Of a stretch of DNA of 64,000 nt, positions 1 through 19,971 are shown in pieces. The first letter of the stretch is position 1. Each line of letters begins with the position of its first letter. The position numbers were made by a program, and so were the translations under genes. The notes beneath the pieces are model-generated. The model was not told where the DNA came from and ran no database searches. It saw nothing but the letters and a program-made list of their open reading frames with translations. The DNA is from Fimbriosthenelais zetlandica (Eukaryota). The stretch is from assembly GCA_977030845.1 (NCBI GenBank), contig OZ365112.1:16120001-16184000 (forward strand), in the 5' to 3' direction.

Positions 1-768
1 TCCGAATGGCTACAATAAGGCTATGACACGCCACCGGATCTGCTACTGTTCGACATAAGATGAATGACCTGACTTTTGCTATAGGTCCAAATACAACAGG
101 CACACATTTAACATTGGAGCCATTATTCTGCACATAATGCCAGCTGAATGCAATTTAAAGCGCACGAGCTTTTCCAACTGTATGCATATGTTATCTGCAT
201 AAGAATCTCGCCAACCAGGTATATTGCAGTCATATTCCCACTAAATAACTACCCTCCAGCTAATTTTACCCTATTTTAACAGAGACGGAGCACAATATTG
301 ACAGTTGTTTGTTCATAAGTGGACAGTTTCTATCACTTTGGCCGAGAGTGACAGAAGTTTACCCTTCTGCTCGTTTGCTCAGAGGAACACAAAGGCGACC
401 GAACTGTAATTGACAGCAATCCAACTGCGACTTAAGTGCTCGAGCCATATACTGACATAGGTTTACTCTGGTTATGGGCTTTAAATACAATGTGTGTTTT
501 AACTTGCTTCTATAAGAACACCTGCTTACTATCCAGACAAATTTCATCTCAAACTTCACTGAGCTATGGTATTTCTGATGGCCACCTTTCAAATGTTTTG
601 TGTGTTTTACACACTACGTGTTATATGGGGAAATTATGATTTACTACATGTTGAATTGAGGGTCGACATTGTGTATAGAAGGGATGTGAGATAAGGACAC
701 TTATAGGCTATTCAGGTAGAAGTATATGAAAAGGCTTGAAAGAGACCACTGTAATTATGTCTACTCAC

Positions 769-2200
769 ACGCACAATATGAACATCAAGCGCTACTGTAA
801 GGTATGAGAAATAACACTAGCACTATAGCACTGTACATATAGTTCCACTGACCTGTAGTACTGGTATTAAACTTAAACTAGTACTAATTAATAGTAGTTC
901 AATCAACTATTAGTATTAGTAGGCCTAGAGTTACTAGTACGAGTATAAGGCCTAATTTACTTAAACATAAAGCTGCGGTTGATTGCGGTGAAAAGCCCTT
1001 GTAAAGGCACTGCAAAGGACATGCCCAGAAACACATCCCTGATACCATGTAGCACCTTCATGTACTCACAATCACATCGTAAAAACATCCTGAGAACCAG
1101 AAAGATATGAAAGTATAGATTCTCCTAGTCTGCAAACAGATCCTGAAGACATGGCCACGGACACATCGCAAAGGGCCCGCAAAACTTAGATCGTCTTCCA
1201 AGACACTGTATAAGCTGTTGCTGTTGAAAGGCACCGCGACTAATTTATCACACATTTGAGACTATATATAGTAAACCAATAGTTATCATTCCATTAAATA
1301 GACAGAGAATAATGATTGCAGTGATCGTCATGGTCTCATTTGCAAGGCATGTCACAATTTATAAAAAGAAGAACTTAATGGCCAATGATGAAAAAAAATT
1401 AGACTGGCGAATAATTCAGATCAACTCAAGGAGGCGTTGTTCCGAAACTGCCATATGACAAAGTCGATAAAGAACAAAAATCTTTGCCCCAATTCATTAT
1501 TTATGTCTCGAATTAACACAAGATTTACACGGTGTAATTACTGATTAGACGAGTAGCATAAAAACAACCTGAAGAAAGAAGTTGAGAAATTGGTGCATGG
1601 TTAAAGGCTTCAAATATGATATACATGGTTGCTTTCCCTCCCATCCAGCCCCTGCCTGCGGTAGACAAGCATACCAGATCCGCCATGAAAGCGTCGCCAT
1701 GTTGAGGGTGGCACGAGCCCGGATCACCAAGCGTGATCTGTTGATCCCCAATCTCCATTAACCAATTGATGGCTGTTTGGGCTCATGCTTAAAAAATTAG
1801 CTTTTCCTCTTACCCGACTGCTCAGTGAGTATATATACTGTGGGACCCGAGGGCCCATATCCGTGCAGGTAAATACATTCACAAGCTTGTAGGACTGAGG
1901 CTCTGATCCCAAAAAGCCATGAAGGCAAGGCTATATGGCTTCTGCTGTTTTCTGGGGTAGCACTCGTTGGAAAAGGGTAAAAGTATGGAAGCATAAAGAG
2001 CACAAAAGGCAGCAATGACATGGTCACTGATGCTCAGTGAGCCTCATAGACTTGCTCTAGTCAACATCAATGTAGGCCGCCATGTTTGGCGCCTCCATGC
2101 TCAGATCCACACGAGTTGGGATCCAAGTCTCTCCTCACACATCAGCAGACGACATTTTCATTCCTCGCTGCGCCGATCGCGCGCGCCAATGTTCGTGCTC
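769..2200 (-). other. Possible 5' end of an unidentified spliced transcript running toward the left edge
   Basis: CpG cluster near 2165-2190, YY1-like AACATGGCGGC at 2086-2076, donor GTAAGA at 1813-1808, and two micro-exon-like segments (1089-1070 and 794-769), each with a pyrimidine-rich acceptor and a GTGAGT donor. No recognisable product. Confidence 0.3.
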
Positions 2201-5200
2201 TGACACCTACCCACCATAACTCCTGAAAATAAAGACCAATCATCCAAACTGCCAATAATGGATAAATGCAAACATTGCTTACTGAACTCCAGTAGAGGCC
2301 ATACAGTCCATAGAGTTCGATCATTTATTTACGTCTGCAAGGTTATGAAATTCTATCAGACATTTTATATGGTGTGCATGGATACCTCTGAAAGAAGGCA
2401 ATTTTCAAGTCAATGCATTATAGCCCATTGCTTGTAAGCCTTTTCATCAGTTTATTAAAGGTCCATCATCCTTTTTGCGGCCAGAAACAGTCCGCGATTT
2501 TATTCCCAAATCATAATAAGGCACTGTATAATGAACTCGGTGATAAATGCCGCCGAGATGCCCCTTTAAGAGGAGTCTTGGACTGGCAGCTGAGGCAGCC
2601 GATCGCCTCATGTTCTCCCGAGCGAGATGTGTCGAGTGTCATTCCCTGAGGGGCAGGGAGAAACTATAAGAAAGGGAAAAAATCAGCAGGCTACAACACC
2701 AAAAATGTCAGCTAATGGTCTCTATGTGACATATTCCCCACATAGGTGTAGGTGGAAACGAGCAGCAGGTTCTACAAGGTTTTTGTAGGCCTATATTTCT
2801 TCATCTATGTCTTCTAAACTAAAAAGGATCTGAGATTGCCCCTCCTAAACTGGCATACTGGCATTTTCAAATGAAGTTATGATCCTGTTCCAAGATATTC
2901 AGATTTATCAAGAGGTGATATTTTCTGTATAAAATTAACACTATTCCCCGCTTCAAAACCGTGATGGTTATGACTAAGCTGCGTTTGTATCTATATATAG
3001 GCAACCAAAGCCAATTACAAGCAATCCCTGTAAACATCTTAAATCACGGAGATCTGACAGAACCTCACAGTCACATCACCATGGTTACCATTGTCATCAC
3101 AACCCCACATTAACCCTTCTCCAATAAATAATCTGGACACTGGGGAGTTCTGCGTCAAAGCCTTACAATGAACAGTCCCAGGAACCGTCCGCAGGTCTCA
3201 GCCTACGGAGACATCAAAACTAAGTTTTTAAGGGATGGAATTAAATGTATAAAATGTATCACATTTTGGACGGGTAAATGTCCTTTTGGAAAGAAAGAAT
3301 GTATCAAAATCGAATATTTCACTTCGTGTCTGTGGCAAATGAAAATGAAAATTAGCGCTAGTATGGTTGTGGAAGTCCAGTAACGCCACCTACTGGGATT
3401 TCCCGCAATTACTGCTACCAACTAACAGTGCAACATGAGTGATGAGTAAAAGCCATTTAATGCCTAGAAATGGCAAGCAAGGAGCTGAAAATTCGATTTT
3501 ACTGTAAACTAGTGGTTCATTCTTTATTATTTGTTAATTTGGTATAAGATTGGAGATATTTATTATGGAGATCAGCCTGAATTCTGGCAACCCCCCTGGC
3601 AACCATCCCCAAACGAGCCTGGTTCAGACTCGTTAAGCTATCCTTTTGTATGCCGCCAATGCCATTAGCTTTCTGAGTGCCAGTGTTTCTATGTCTCCTC
3701 TATTCATACAAGTAAAAACATCAGTTGTTTTGTCCATAGAATCCCTATCATCTAGGCCTACTCCCTGATTGCAGTCAGATAATTTTAAACAGTACCATTT
3801 AGTTTCGGACCGCTCTGTACTGAGTTGATTTACAACAGTTTTATTGGGAGTTAAAATTGATGGAACGATAGAAATATGAAGCGACTATGAAACAGCAAAT
3901 GGATGGCAGAAATTGAAAATTACATATATCAGACAACTATATATTATGTATTAATCAAGTGTGGCATGTAATCGGTAATGGTTTCTTTGTATATATGGAC
4001 GGTGGCCTTTAAGATTTAAGTCGTTATGTATAGTCATTCAAAAGAGCAACCAACTAGATCAAACCTGATGTCTAAAGTAGTTCACTCACTGTAGAATTAT
4101 CTGTAAACTGATAGCTTCATCTGAAATACAATAAATCACCTCCTGCCACCCCACCCCACTATTTATTGCTTATCATGCAATTGCCTTTCAGGGCCGGTCC
4201 TTTTCTTGCCTAAGGATCAGTATAACAAATACCTGACCACACGCCTCTCTCAGCCCCCCTCCTCACCATCTCGCCTCTTTAAATCAACCTCTGGCCCTTG
4301 GTCTCAAATTTTCCACCACTTCATGCCTCAGGGAAAAGGGAAACAAAATATCTACCCGTCTTCAGGCTGCATTAAAGAGTACTTTAATTATGTGTTTATA
4401 TTATGTCAGAGGGTGTATAGCATTTCAACTGCTTAAAACGGATTGTATTGTAAAAAAAAAAAGCTAAGGATCTTTGAAAAGAATATGCTATACTTGATAC
4501 ATTTGGGCCAAGCAATCCATATACACAAAATATAGATCCAGTTTAATTGTCCTTGTAGATTTGAATACAATCTAAGACCATGATGCAGGCGGTATAGATT
4601 TCGAACCATGAGTAGAATGAAGCATCAATCATCTAAGCAACTTTGCACTATACATGCCTGCCATGCGCACAGGAGTAATCTATATTTGTGATCAGACTAT
4701 GTTGTCTCATCTGACGTTAAGAGAATACCCTCATCTAGAATCAGTGCCCTTTATTAAATCTAAGTGTTTTAATGACCATTACATGGCTTGTGTGTATCGC
4801 TATATGTCACTAGTGACCTTCCCATGACCGAGCATGAGATGAATGGTGAGTTTAACAATGGTGAGCCACAGACTTTAAAAATAATATTACCCCCACTAAA
4901 TACAGTACTTTTAACTAAACCCATTGTTGCCCCAAACATAATTATAGGCTTACTGGATATATAGCTGTGAATGTTCTCAAGGCCTAAGACAAAATTAATG
5001 TGCATGTCTGTGCTCGGGTTGTGGATCTGGTTTGAACCTATCCAGTCTCACCTATATCATGGGAACCTGCTGACCATTATGTACAAGGTGGACACGATTA
5101 ATAGTGGTCAGTGCATGGGTCTTAACACCCCAATGACCCCATCAATAGCTTAACAATCGCATTTGTTCCCTTCTACATTTATTAGAAGTTGTATATGGCT

Positions 5201-8200
5201 ATGACTCTATGAACTAACCGGACACTCAAACCTGTGAAGGTAATTTTTTATATATAACATGCATGGCATTAGTGACCATAATATACTATACGTTATGGTT
5301 AAAACACACCTGTCACATCTATGTCAATTAGAATTGGCTACTTTTCAATCTGGATTAATTTTTGCTCTGACACCAACCATATCAAAGCAGAGTCCAGACT
5401 TTGATCACTATCTGCACATACATGTTTCTACCACCCACACCAAGTGGAGGGACTCTTAATGGATTCATTTATTTTGATTAGCCACGGGTGTTTGTTGGAG
5501 ATCTGCTTAGATCAAGCCAGCAATCCCATTCCCAGAGATAGATGTGGGTGTTCTGATTTGTGAAATATGGTGCCATCAAGAAGGTAGTGTTTTGTCTCGT
5601 TGATGTAGGTTGATGTCCCACCCCGTGCTTTAATTCATAATCAACTACAGCGATCTTTACCTGTGACAGACTGTATTGTGTTACAGGAACTGCCCATTAA
5701 TTGTTTCTCCTGCATTTCAGGCACCCATCGGGCGGTCCATGGGTTCAAGTTAAAAACCCTCCAGGTTCCAATGATTATCAGGGGATGATATTCCTCTTAC
5801 AGATACAATATGGCCTGGAATTAAAAGGCAGGCCAGAATGGTCGGTATTCGGACTCAGGGGGTGGTGGACCCATCTATTATAACCTTTTGTATAGGCCCC
5901 ACCTGGGTTAGCGTTCTCCGGTGAAAGTTAAAACCCAGACTCTTTGTGGGGCGAAACAAAAGGCTGAAAAGTCAAGCCTGGAAACCAAATTGATCAGACA
6001 TGAAGATAAGTGTCAGACACAAAAGGTAAATGACTGATGCTAGGCGAGACTGTACGGGGTAATGTCAACAGTTTCAGGGCATAACACCAGCACAAGCTGT
6101 ATTAGTGCCTTATGGGAGAAGGTATTCAGTATCATAGCCGCAAAAGCCAAGCTTTTGAGATAACAGTTCTCTAGAGGGAATTGTTTATGGGTTTCTATCA
6201 AACGAATATGTTTTGCCCGGGCCATTTGCTTTTCCCCAGTTCAACTGACATAAAATTATTTTTTCCCTCAGTTTAACCTATACAATGAAGCACAGCTAGG
6301 AAAGATAAAAATCTAAAAACTATATTGATTTCTTTTCAATATTCAAATGTCATTCCAAGATTGGAATTTTTTATGATATTAGAACCCAAGAGTGATGCAT
6401 TCATCCAATGCACAGTAAACCGAAAACCGACAATTCTTCCAGGAATAACATTCTTCATGGGAATGACATCTTTATATCCCATGTGTCAAAGTATGAATAT
6501 CTTTATAGATTTGACTCGTTGATCAAAGGGAGGGAGATGTTTTTACACCTTAGTTATGTACTTTAGAAAGAAAGGGACAGGTGTAAGTTAGATGGTTTGA
6601 GTGAAACCCCTCATCTAATTTTACAATGTTCCCCCAAACTAGGTCCACAGTATGCTATTGACTTGGCCGTTCCCTGGGGCCTCGTATTGTAATATTATAT
6701 CATATCCCATATATACAATAATATACCACGATTTCATCTATTACCCCGCATGGATTTAGCTGCATATGGCTAAAGGTAAAAACATCAACCTAATCACTGT
6801 TAAAAAGTGAACTTCACTATAGAAAACAATCGCAATTCAGGACCCCATATTGATACCAGATGAAACCTCATTATTAGAATGATATTGTTATTCTGTAATT
6901 TGATATAAAGTGAGATACGAAAAGTTAAAACTGCCAGGATATAACATTTTAACTTGAGAGTGACACGTGAAGAAAAATATTTGAAATATGATTTTGTAGC
7001 GGCATGTAGCAGAAAGTATCATTTTACACTGTTGTCCTATGCATAAAGATACTAGTTGGGATGACATCTTTGTACGTTTAAATTACATCATCTGAGATAA
7101 ACTTCTTTTTAACTCAAAAATTGAGAGAGAAAAGATGTCATTTTGCCACAATACCATGTGTGGACATGCATGCAAAATGCATGTTTCACAGGTCACAAAA
7201 CCCGACCCCCGTCTTTTAAAACGGCAATTCTTAAAAGCCGAAGAATAAATTGGTTCTTTGAACCGTTGTGGATGAGCTATACAAAATGTAACATTTATTA
7301 AGTTGTCTGCAGATACCATGGCGTCAGATGATAACGTATGCGTTAGGGTTCGTCAAACCCATCCTAAGAAACAATTACACACTCCATCCTACATAGCCTG
7401 GCACCTTTTCAAGAGAAACTCGGCCTTCGAACAAAAGGTCATTCATGGAAATATATTTTGTTCAGAACATATTCATTGGCAAAGAGTGACCGAGACAAAG
7501 ACTACGTTTTTTTCAATGGAAGATGCAGTCATGCATTGGTTAAAAACGGAGAAAATTGGGTTACAAAAGAAAACTCGGTGGTACCTTCAGACAATAAAAA
7601 TGGTTACATTTATGGTAACTCTATTCCACTAATTCGAGGGACTTTGAAAGGGCGGTACAGACTTTGTGAGAAAGTCTCACACAAAGGTGATCCCCTGATC
7701 AGATGACTGCTCACGAGCCGTCCCATGAGGAACAGTTGAAAAACTCTTGTAATTCGTTCCGGAGTACTGTCCCCGAAAATAAGGGGTAATTCCTGGGACA
7801 GATGGAAGATTCAATATGTTTATGGGTGTGCATCCATCTATGGAGACGGCATGGGGTCCAAGTGTCAACCCCTAAACTGTCCAATGTGCAAATGTGTTTA
7901 TTAATGCCGTATACATAGTCCCCCAAGGAATTTTTAATTTCAAATTAAAAAATGGGGACGTTCTGACCAACCCGCTGCATGGGACAATGCTCGATTTGAT
8001 TAGATGTTCTGAAATAATTTTTCAATTAAAATGACCCATTCCAATGGATATAATAATTGTATGTCCCTAACTAAATCAGTATGACAACCTGATGATATAA
8101 ATTTAAATGGTCCGTCTCACAAAGGGGTCGTGGGAATTTTAAGCTTTAGGGCAAAACTCTGCTTTCTAATTACATCAGATGAGTTATCGAGTTAAGTCTC

Positions 8201-9686
8201 GATTGATTAGAACTCCAAATAACATAATTTTGGCATTTCCAAGCCAGGAAAGGGGAACACGGGCAAGCACATAAACTCAGCTTATAGAGAGATCTAGAAT
8301 TTTCACGTCTTGCGAAACTATTTCTATAGATGCGCAGGAAGGAAGTGGTTATATAATGATGTGATTGTGTACGAAAAAAGGCTTTGGCAAATTATATATA
8401 TCCAATTAGGACAGGTCTTAAAATTAGACACCGTGTAGGGGCTTTTAATGTAGTGCCATGAATTCTTCTCTACCGGAAGTGCGTCTTGTAGTGTAGTGAC
8501 ATGCACATTTCAGACCATGTTTGCCTTGGCTATAAGTACCCATCAATTTACCTTTGGATGGTCTCCAGGAGATATAATGAAAGGGGACAGAGATAACGTG
8601 TTTGACAGATATAAGTGCTCACATTGCAGCTAATTAATTCTGCAATGTCCCTTTTACCCTGAAGCTACAGACCCGGTATACCTGAACACACCCATGGGAA
8701 AATATAACACATCTACTTTAATAATCATAAATGGTGCTTATTATCAACAAAACACCAGAGTTATTTACAATGAGATGTGATTGGGTCATTTGGTTTCATG
8801 GGCGTTTTCTACTATGGGAATTGGTCATGCACATATAAAGGAGCACAGACTTTTCAATATGATTTTTATGAAATTATTTTGTCTTATAATCCAGGGAAAT
8901 AGTTAAATATTTTTAAATGATTAGCTAAATGACCAAGGCATGCAGCTTTTACTCAGAAATAATTTTCTGCAAAGGCCAACCAAGCTTTTTACCAATGCCT
9001 ATTGACAGATTTCTCAGCAAACAATGCTGCTTGTGAAGCTTGTCATGTCAGTCTAACATCTAGGCTATATAATCATGAAATAATCCCCTCTACGTGCTCT
9101 TTTAGACTCAAGGTATTGGCAATGTGAGGAAGGTATAAGCTTGTACCATCAATGACCTTCACCTGGCATTAGATCTGATCATCAGCATCAGTCGTCACTC
9201 ACCCGTGACCATTCACTATTTAATCCCTTCCTCATCCCTGAGATCCTGCATCACTTTTCTTTGATGTCCTCGCCAATCCAAGAGGATTCCCCTCCCTGTC
9301 CTCCTCCCACTCATTTTATTGGCGTTGCTTGCCATGGTATCCTCGTCCAAAGGTCCGAGCCAACAACGTCTGCAGTACTCATAGCTTTTACTAATCGTAC
9401 CTTAATTCCAATCATCCCTCTGACTGCTTTCAGCTCAACAATCAATAGCATGCATATGGAGGCTGAGTGAACCACAGGACATTTAGAGAATGGCACCCGG
9501 CTCTATAATGTGGGAGATGGGGTGGGACTGGGATGGCAGGCAACTGGAGGCAGCCATAAAAAACCGCTTCCAACTTGCAGGGAGTGACAACAAAAGAGGC
9601 ACATTGATCACAATACGTTAATGACAATGTGGCATTTTCCATCAGGTCGTTTCTGAAGAAAGCCCCAATGGTTACGCAGCGTACGG

Positions 9687-9699
9687 CCGCTAGGGGGAC
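9687..9699 (+). promoter_or_regulatory. CTCF-like motif
   Basis: CCGCTAGGGGGAC is close to the CTCF core CC[AG][CG]TAG[AG][GT]GGC; motif match only. Confidence 0.35.
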
Positions 9700-12600
9700 G
9701 ATGTAATCACTGTACGCCCTTGGTGGATTTATATTTTGCGTCAGCAGAATTTTTTTCCTCCTCCCTTGTGCCTTTTTAAGCGCTTCCCACGTTAAAAACT
9801 TAATGCGTTTCAATACACTGGAGGTTTGGTTTTACTTTTAAACGCGCAGAAGCTGTCAGAGAAGCCTAATAACAAGTGTCTTGGGTCTCGGATTCAAATG
9901 TCATGTTGGTCCTGCTGTTGGATAAAATAGCCCGGAAGACAAAAATTAATTGTCGGTGCCTATTAGAAAGCATGTCATCAATTGTAGGAATTGTCAGACA
10001 GACAATCCTGGGTGGCGATAAATAAGCCGCCTGTAATGTGGTCTCAATGGTCATGCATCGGTGGCCAGGATTGTCACGTGCTAGCCAAGCAGAAAGGAAA
10101 TTAAAACCTATAATGAATCGAGTAAATTACCTTATAAATTCAGTGGGATGCTCGTTAATCCCGTTAAACCCCGCACACGCCGAAGGATAATCTGTTTTAT
10201 ACGATGTTAATCTTGGTAGGAATTGTTCCTAACACGAGAAGCAGTGAAGACTCAAACTTGTTAAAATATTACCATGGAAAAACCCCATGTAAAACCGAGG
10301 AAATATTCATTTATCTTGCTCATTTTAATGTGTGGCACTATTCATATTACTGGTAGCCTAGTTATTTTAATTAAAATCATTCTTGGCATTGGCGTAGCCT
10401 AGCTGTTTTGTCAGTGGGATGAGGATACTCAGAAATATATCGTATCTCTTCCTTGGCACAATAATAGGCGACACAATTTTATCTCCTGAGACCTATCCAT
10501 TTTAGAAATAGTTCTAAGATCGTTGACCCGCAGAGGTCAGTGACTAAATTATTCGGACTAAAATTCCAATCCGGGTCTAACAATAATTTGGTAAAGTTGG
10601 GATATTTTGGCCTAAAAGCATTGGACTCAAGACCTCTCACTCTCAGCTTTCAAAGTTTTGCCCTGGATAGTACCAGGCAGATGAACCCCTGGGTTGTTGA
10701 AAGTATTTTTTAAATGTGGGAGATGGTAGCTTTGCCAATTTTCTTTAGGTCACTTCGCTGATGGTGGATAGACTAAACGCTCAATAAGGGATCTCGCGCA
10801 ATCTCGGCATATGCGAGACGTCGACGTCCAATTTCACGGTGTGAAGTCACGTGAGCGAAGTTTGATGACGACTGGGAGTGGGAGAGGTCATGTGATTCAA
10901 ATGAGAAACAAAGGGACTTACATGAAGAAGCCTGGGTGTCAACTTGTAATGGTCTTTCATTATCTCTTTGGGTCAAGGAAGGCCGATGATTATACCTAAC
11001 AAAATGAAACAAAGGGTCAATTTGAATCGTCCAAAAGGAAAATGGCAAGATAAAAAAAAATAATGAAAAAGAAAAGAAACTAATAGTCATCGAACACCTT
11101 ATTATTTTCAATTGTAACGTTAGTTCAACTCAATAGGCCAATACATTGTAATATCAGATTCAGACACCCAGAATCTATGATACACTTAACAGAACATGAA
11201 AATAAGCCTATACCATTTATCTAACAGCTATATGCACATAAACCTACATAAATCTAACCAAAATGTCGATTTGGGTTTTTTGGGTTCTTTTTTGTTTGTT
11301 TGTTGATTTTTAACAGAAGCACTATCATTCTGAGAACGTCAACCGTGGAGGTTGCAAATGAAAGTGAGAACAGATTTTTATGTTACCGTTAGCTTTGAAT
11401 TGACAACTTTCTGATATCTCGAGATCAGTTCGGTATATTGCAATCATTTATCTTAATTATGAACGCGTGTCGTTACAACAATTACTTCTAATCTTTAAGT
11501 CCATAATTCATACAATGTTATTCCCGTCCAATGTCCATTTCCTAAATAATTACAACCAATTTTCATCGAATGAACCCGCCATTATCTGTCAATCTCGACC
11601 CCAGTACCTTCAATATTTGAACTTTGAGTGGTTAATTATTGACGAGATATATCATTCAATAGCTGTGATGTATTAACCAGGGGAGAGTAAATAATTATAT
11701 GATATGTTAATAATCAGGAATCATACAGGTGCGTCTTGTGACTCACCTATGAGTCGCGTGGGGAGTTCAAGATTCTCATCATGCGCTTTCATCATTATAA
11801 ATATAATTTCCATGTCTCATACAAATCATATTTTCGATCAGTAACTTAATTCACATTATCTGTCAATTAATCATAGGTAAATATCCCTTTGTTCTAAGCC
11901 AATATCGTGGCTAAGACAGAAAACACAATTACCCGTTGGACAGAACGTCTTTAGTTTAATTCAACTGTCTCTTTAGTGGCTTTTAAAATTCAACTTTTCT
12001 AGAAACCAGATTTGTATGTCTTGTCCAAAATTATACGAGATACCAAAATAAAGCAGCACAAAGGAATTAGAAAAATAAGGCGGTAGAAACATGTATAACA
12101 TCAGGCACTATAAAAGAAATATTTAATTTAATAGATAATGGGTCGGGGGCAAACAAGTAAGATAATTCCCCTAAACAATTGCAACCGAAGATTGTGAATA
12201 ATGTTGACCTCCGGTGTAAGAGAATGTCAGATCATACAAAAATGAGACTGAGAAGAAAGCGGTCTCTCCAGGGTGCCTCACTGACAGGCGGTGGTTGGGG
12301 GATGGCTAATTACAGGTGTCAAATTAAAGGTGTGTAAGAGTGCCCCAGGAGAAGGCGGCTATCAAGGGCATTCTACATACACCCGTCTACACGCGTTTAT
12401 GGCTGAGAGAACACAAGACCTCTCTCAATCAACAACTTGTGTGATGCTATCATAAAGACAAGATCCTTATCCAAGGTTCTTTGTTATAGAGAATCCTACC
12501 AAGCCCGATAATGTATATAGTTAGGACCATTAAAGACCTTAAGAGTCTTGGAGAGTGGTCTAGGAGGGAGCCAGGCCCCCTGGACTCCACTCAGGCATGT

Positions 12601-13920
12601 GGCACAGGGAGTTAAGATAACCATCTGATCTCTCCATGCCACGAGCCTCCGCCCAATGAAAAAGGGGACAGTGGCTCTTATCTCAAAATATCTGATTGGT
12701 AAATCATAATAAATAGCATTATAATTATTTTTGTTTATTTAAGGAATATACAAAAGATTTTCGCTAACAGATGGGTAAGACTATAATATCACGGTGGGGT
12801 TAAAATACATTTACACAATGTCTAAATTTTACATATTCCATGTATGATATACTCATAACTCTTAGCACAAAATTATGAAGTAAAATTGACACCAAGTCTT
12901 ATGATATAACCAAACAAAGAAATTTGTAATTCTTAATCCAATATACCATCATGAGATGTCAATAAAACTCTAGCTACTACCTAATAATTATAATATTTTG
13001 AACCAACCATAAATGGGGAAGGACATGTTGAAATGTACAAGGTGAATTATTGCAAATAATTGACAGCGAAAGACACCCAATGAGGGAGTTTTACAGCGAA
13101 ACAGGTTTGTACATGAAATAGAGGAGTCATTAAGTGTTCAGATTATTGGGACTTTGTTGATCTATCTTCCTTGCACCTGTGGTGACAAGAATCTAGATGG
13201 ATGCCAGTAAATATGCCTTATATCATCCCATGTGGATCCATTCTATTGTATTCAGACAAAAGCAAGGATTCCACCTGGGACAGACAGAATAGTACCCCTT
13301 AAAATTCATGTCTTCCCAAGCACAACCACTATTCAATGCCTATTCATGCCCTGTATATGTACACAAGTTAATTAATCCACAAAAATGGTTTAATTGATTA
13401 TTCCCTTTTCAATAAACACTCATACATTATCATGAAGGCAAGTTGGAATTATATTATATTTACAGTTAAAATAAATTGTACCGAGAAAAATTCAATTAAA
13501 ACATTAGATTAAAATTCGTTCCTATATTGGCTCTTAAATTCACCGATTGTTTATGATGTCTCTTCAGCAAAGGGTTTGTAAATGGTTCAGAGTAAATTAA
13601 ATACGAGTAATGGCAGACTTGAAAGCAATGTTACGTCAAAGTTCAAACTTAAACTCAACCAGAATATAGAATATTTCAAAGTGTGCCGTTATAAACAAGC
13701 TCATCAAGATGAAACTTTAATGTGTTCTAATTAGGGGGCACCTCAGTTCGTCACGACAGATCTGTCAGTGATAAACACAGCTACTCCACCCTCACCATTG
13801 GAATGTTAATTTATTCAGATTTCTTATTACCAAATTTTTATTTAAAAAAACAGAATGCATATTAGATAACCACCCGCGAAGGCTGGGTGAAATTGCGACA
13901 TGATCCAAGCTATTTATCAT

Positions 13921-13943
13921 TGTATGTATGTATGTATGTATGT
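13921..13943. repeat. (TATG)n microsatellite
   Basis: TGTATGTATGTATGTATGTATGT. Confidence 0.9.
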
Positions 13944-14868
13944 CCTGGTTATTGAATTTGAGATTAGTTAAACACATAGATCACCATTCAAATGGGAGGA
14001 TCAAACAATCCGAAGCAATGATGATTGTCAATTCATTTTGGCATACTGCATTTGAAATGATTCTTAATTTAATTAAACCAGAAAGCTGGAACCAAGCACG
14101 AAAGGGACAACGGAACACACTAGAGACACCATGCGACAAAAGTACGAAGCAATGCTCGCCACTGTAAACCTGGCGGCAAAAACGTGAACCAAGCTTCATT
14201 GGAAAATCACGAGTACGATATGACACATAATGGCAAAATCCCTAATTTTACTTTCTCGAATTGGGAAATGGGACGCCAAGCTAAAAACCGGTTCAGATAT
14301 AAAACCTCTAGAATAAAATCAACATGATTGACCATGTAAAAACCAAAAGACCACTTAGTAATAGTAAACTGTGAATCTAGTATAAAGCAATGATAGAAAC
14401 AATCAGAAACCATACTGTCATCTTCCCAGGAGATTAAAATGACGAACATGAACTAAATATAAAGTAAATACTGTATACAGGAACACTCGTAAAATAATAG
14501 ACTTGGAGGAAAGATAAAGCTACCTAATATATTTACAATCTAAACTCAAGGTAAACACTATTGTGTTATATCACCATATGAATCATGTGAGTGAATTCTG
14601 TATTAAAGGACTCTGGACTCTCTGTAAAAGATAGATCCGAGTCCGTGTTATGAAGGAGTACACCCAGTATATCAGAAGCAATCAGGATGCACTCAGAGCA
14701 GGTGTTCAATCACATAAAGCTATATGAACTGATTTCGAACCTTATCCTGGGTGCAAACTGATTGCGACTCTTTCATACTTTCTGGTACGGTTATTTGGGA
14801 TGTGTTGGGAACTGCATGTATTAAATGTAATGATAGTTAAAGTGTAAAGCTGGGGTGTTGGGGAGGAC

Positions 14869-19971
<5,103 letters not shown>

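Noticed and set aside
7303-7706. Two overlapping ORFs (109 and 82 aa) in the left region
   Set aside because: No recognisable domain, splice support or coding bias; probably repeat-derived or random.
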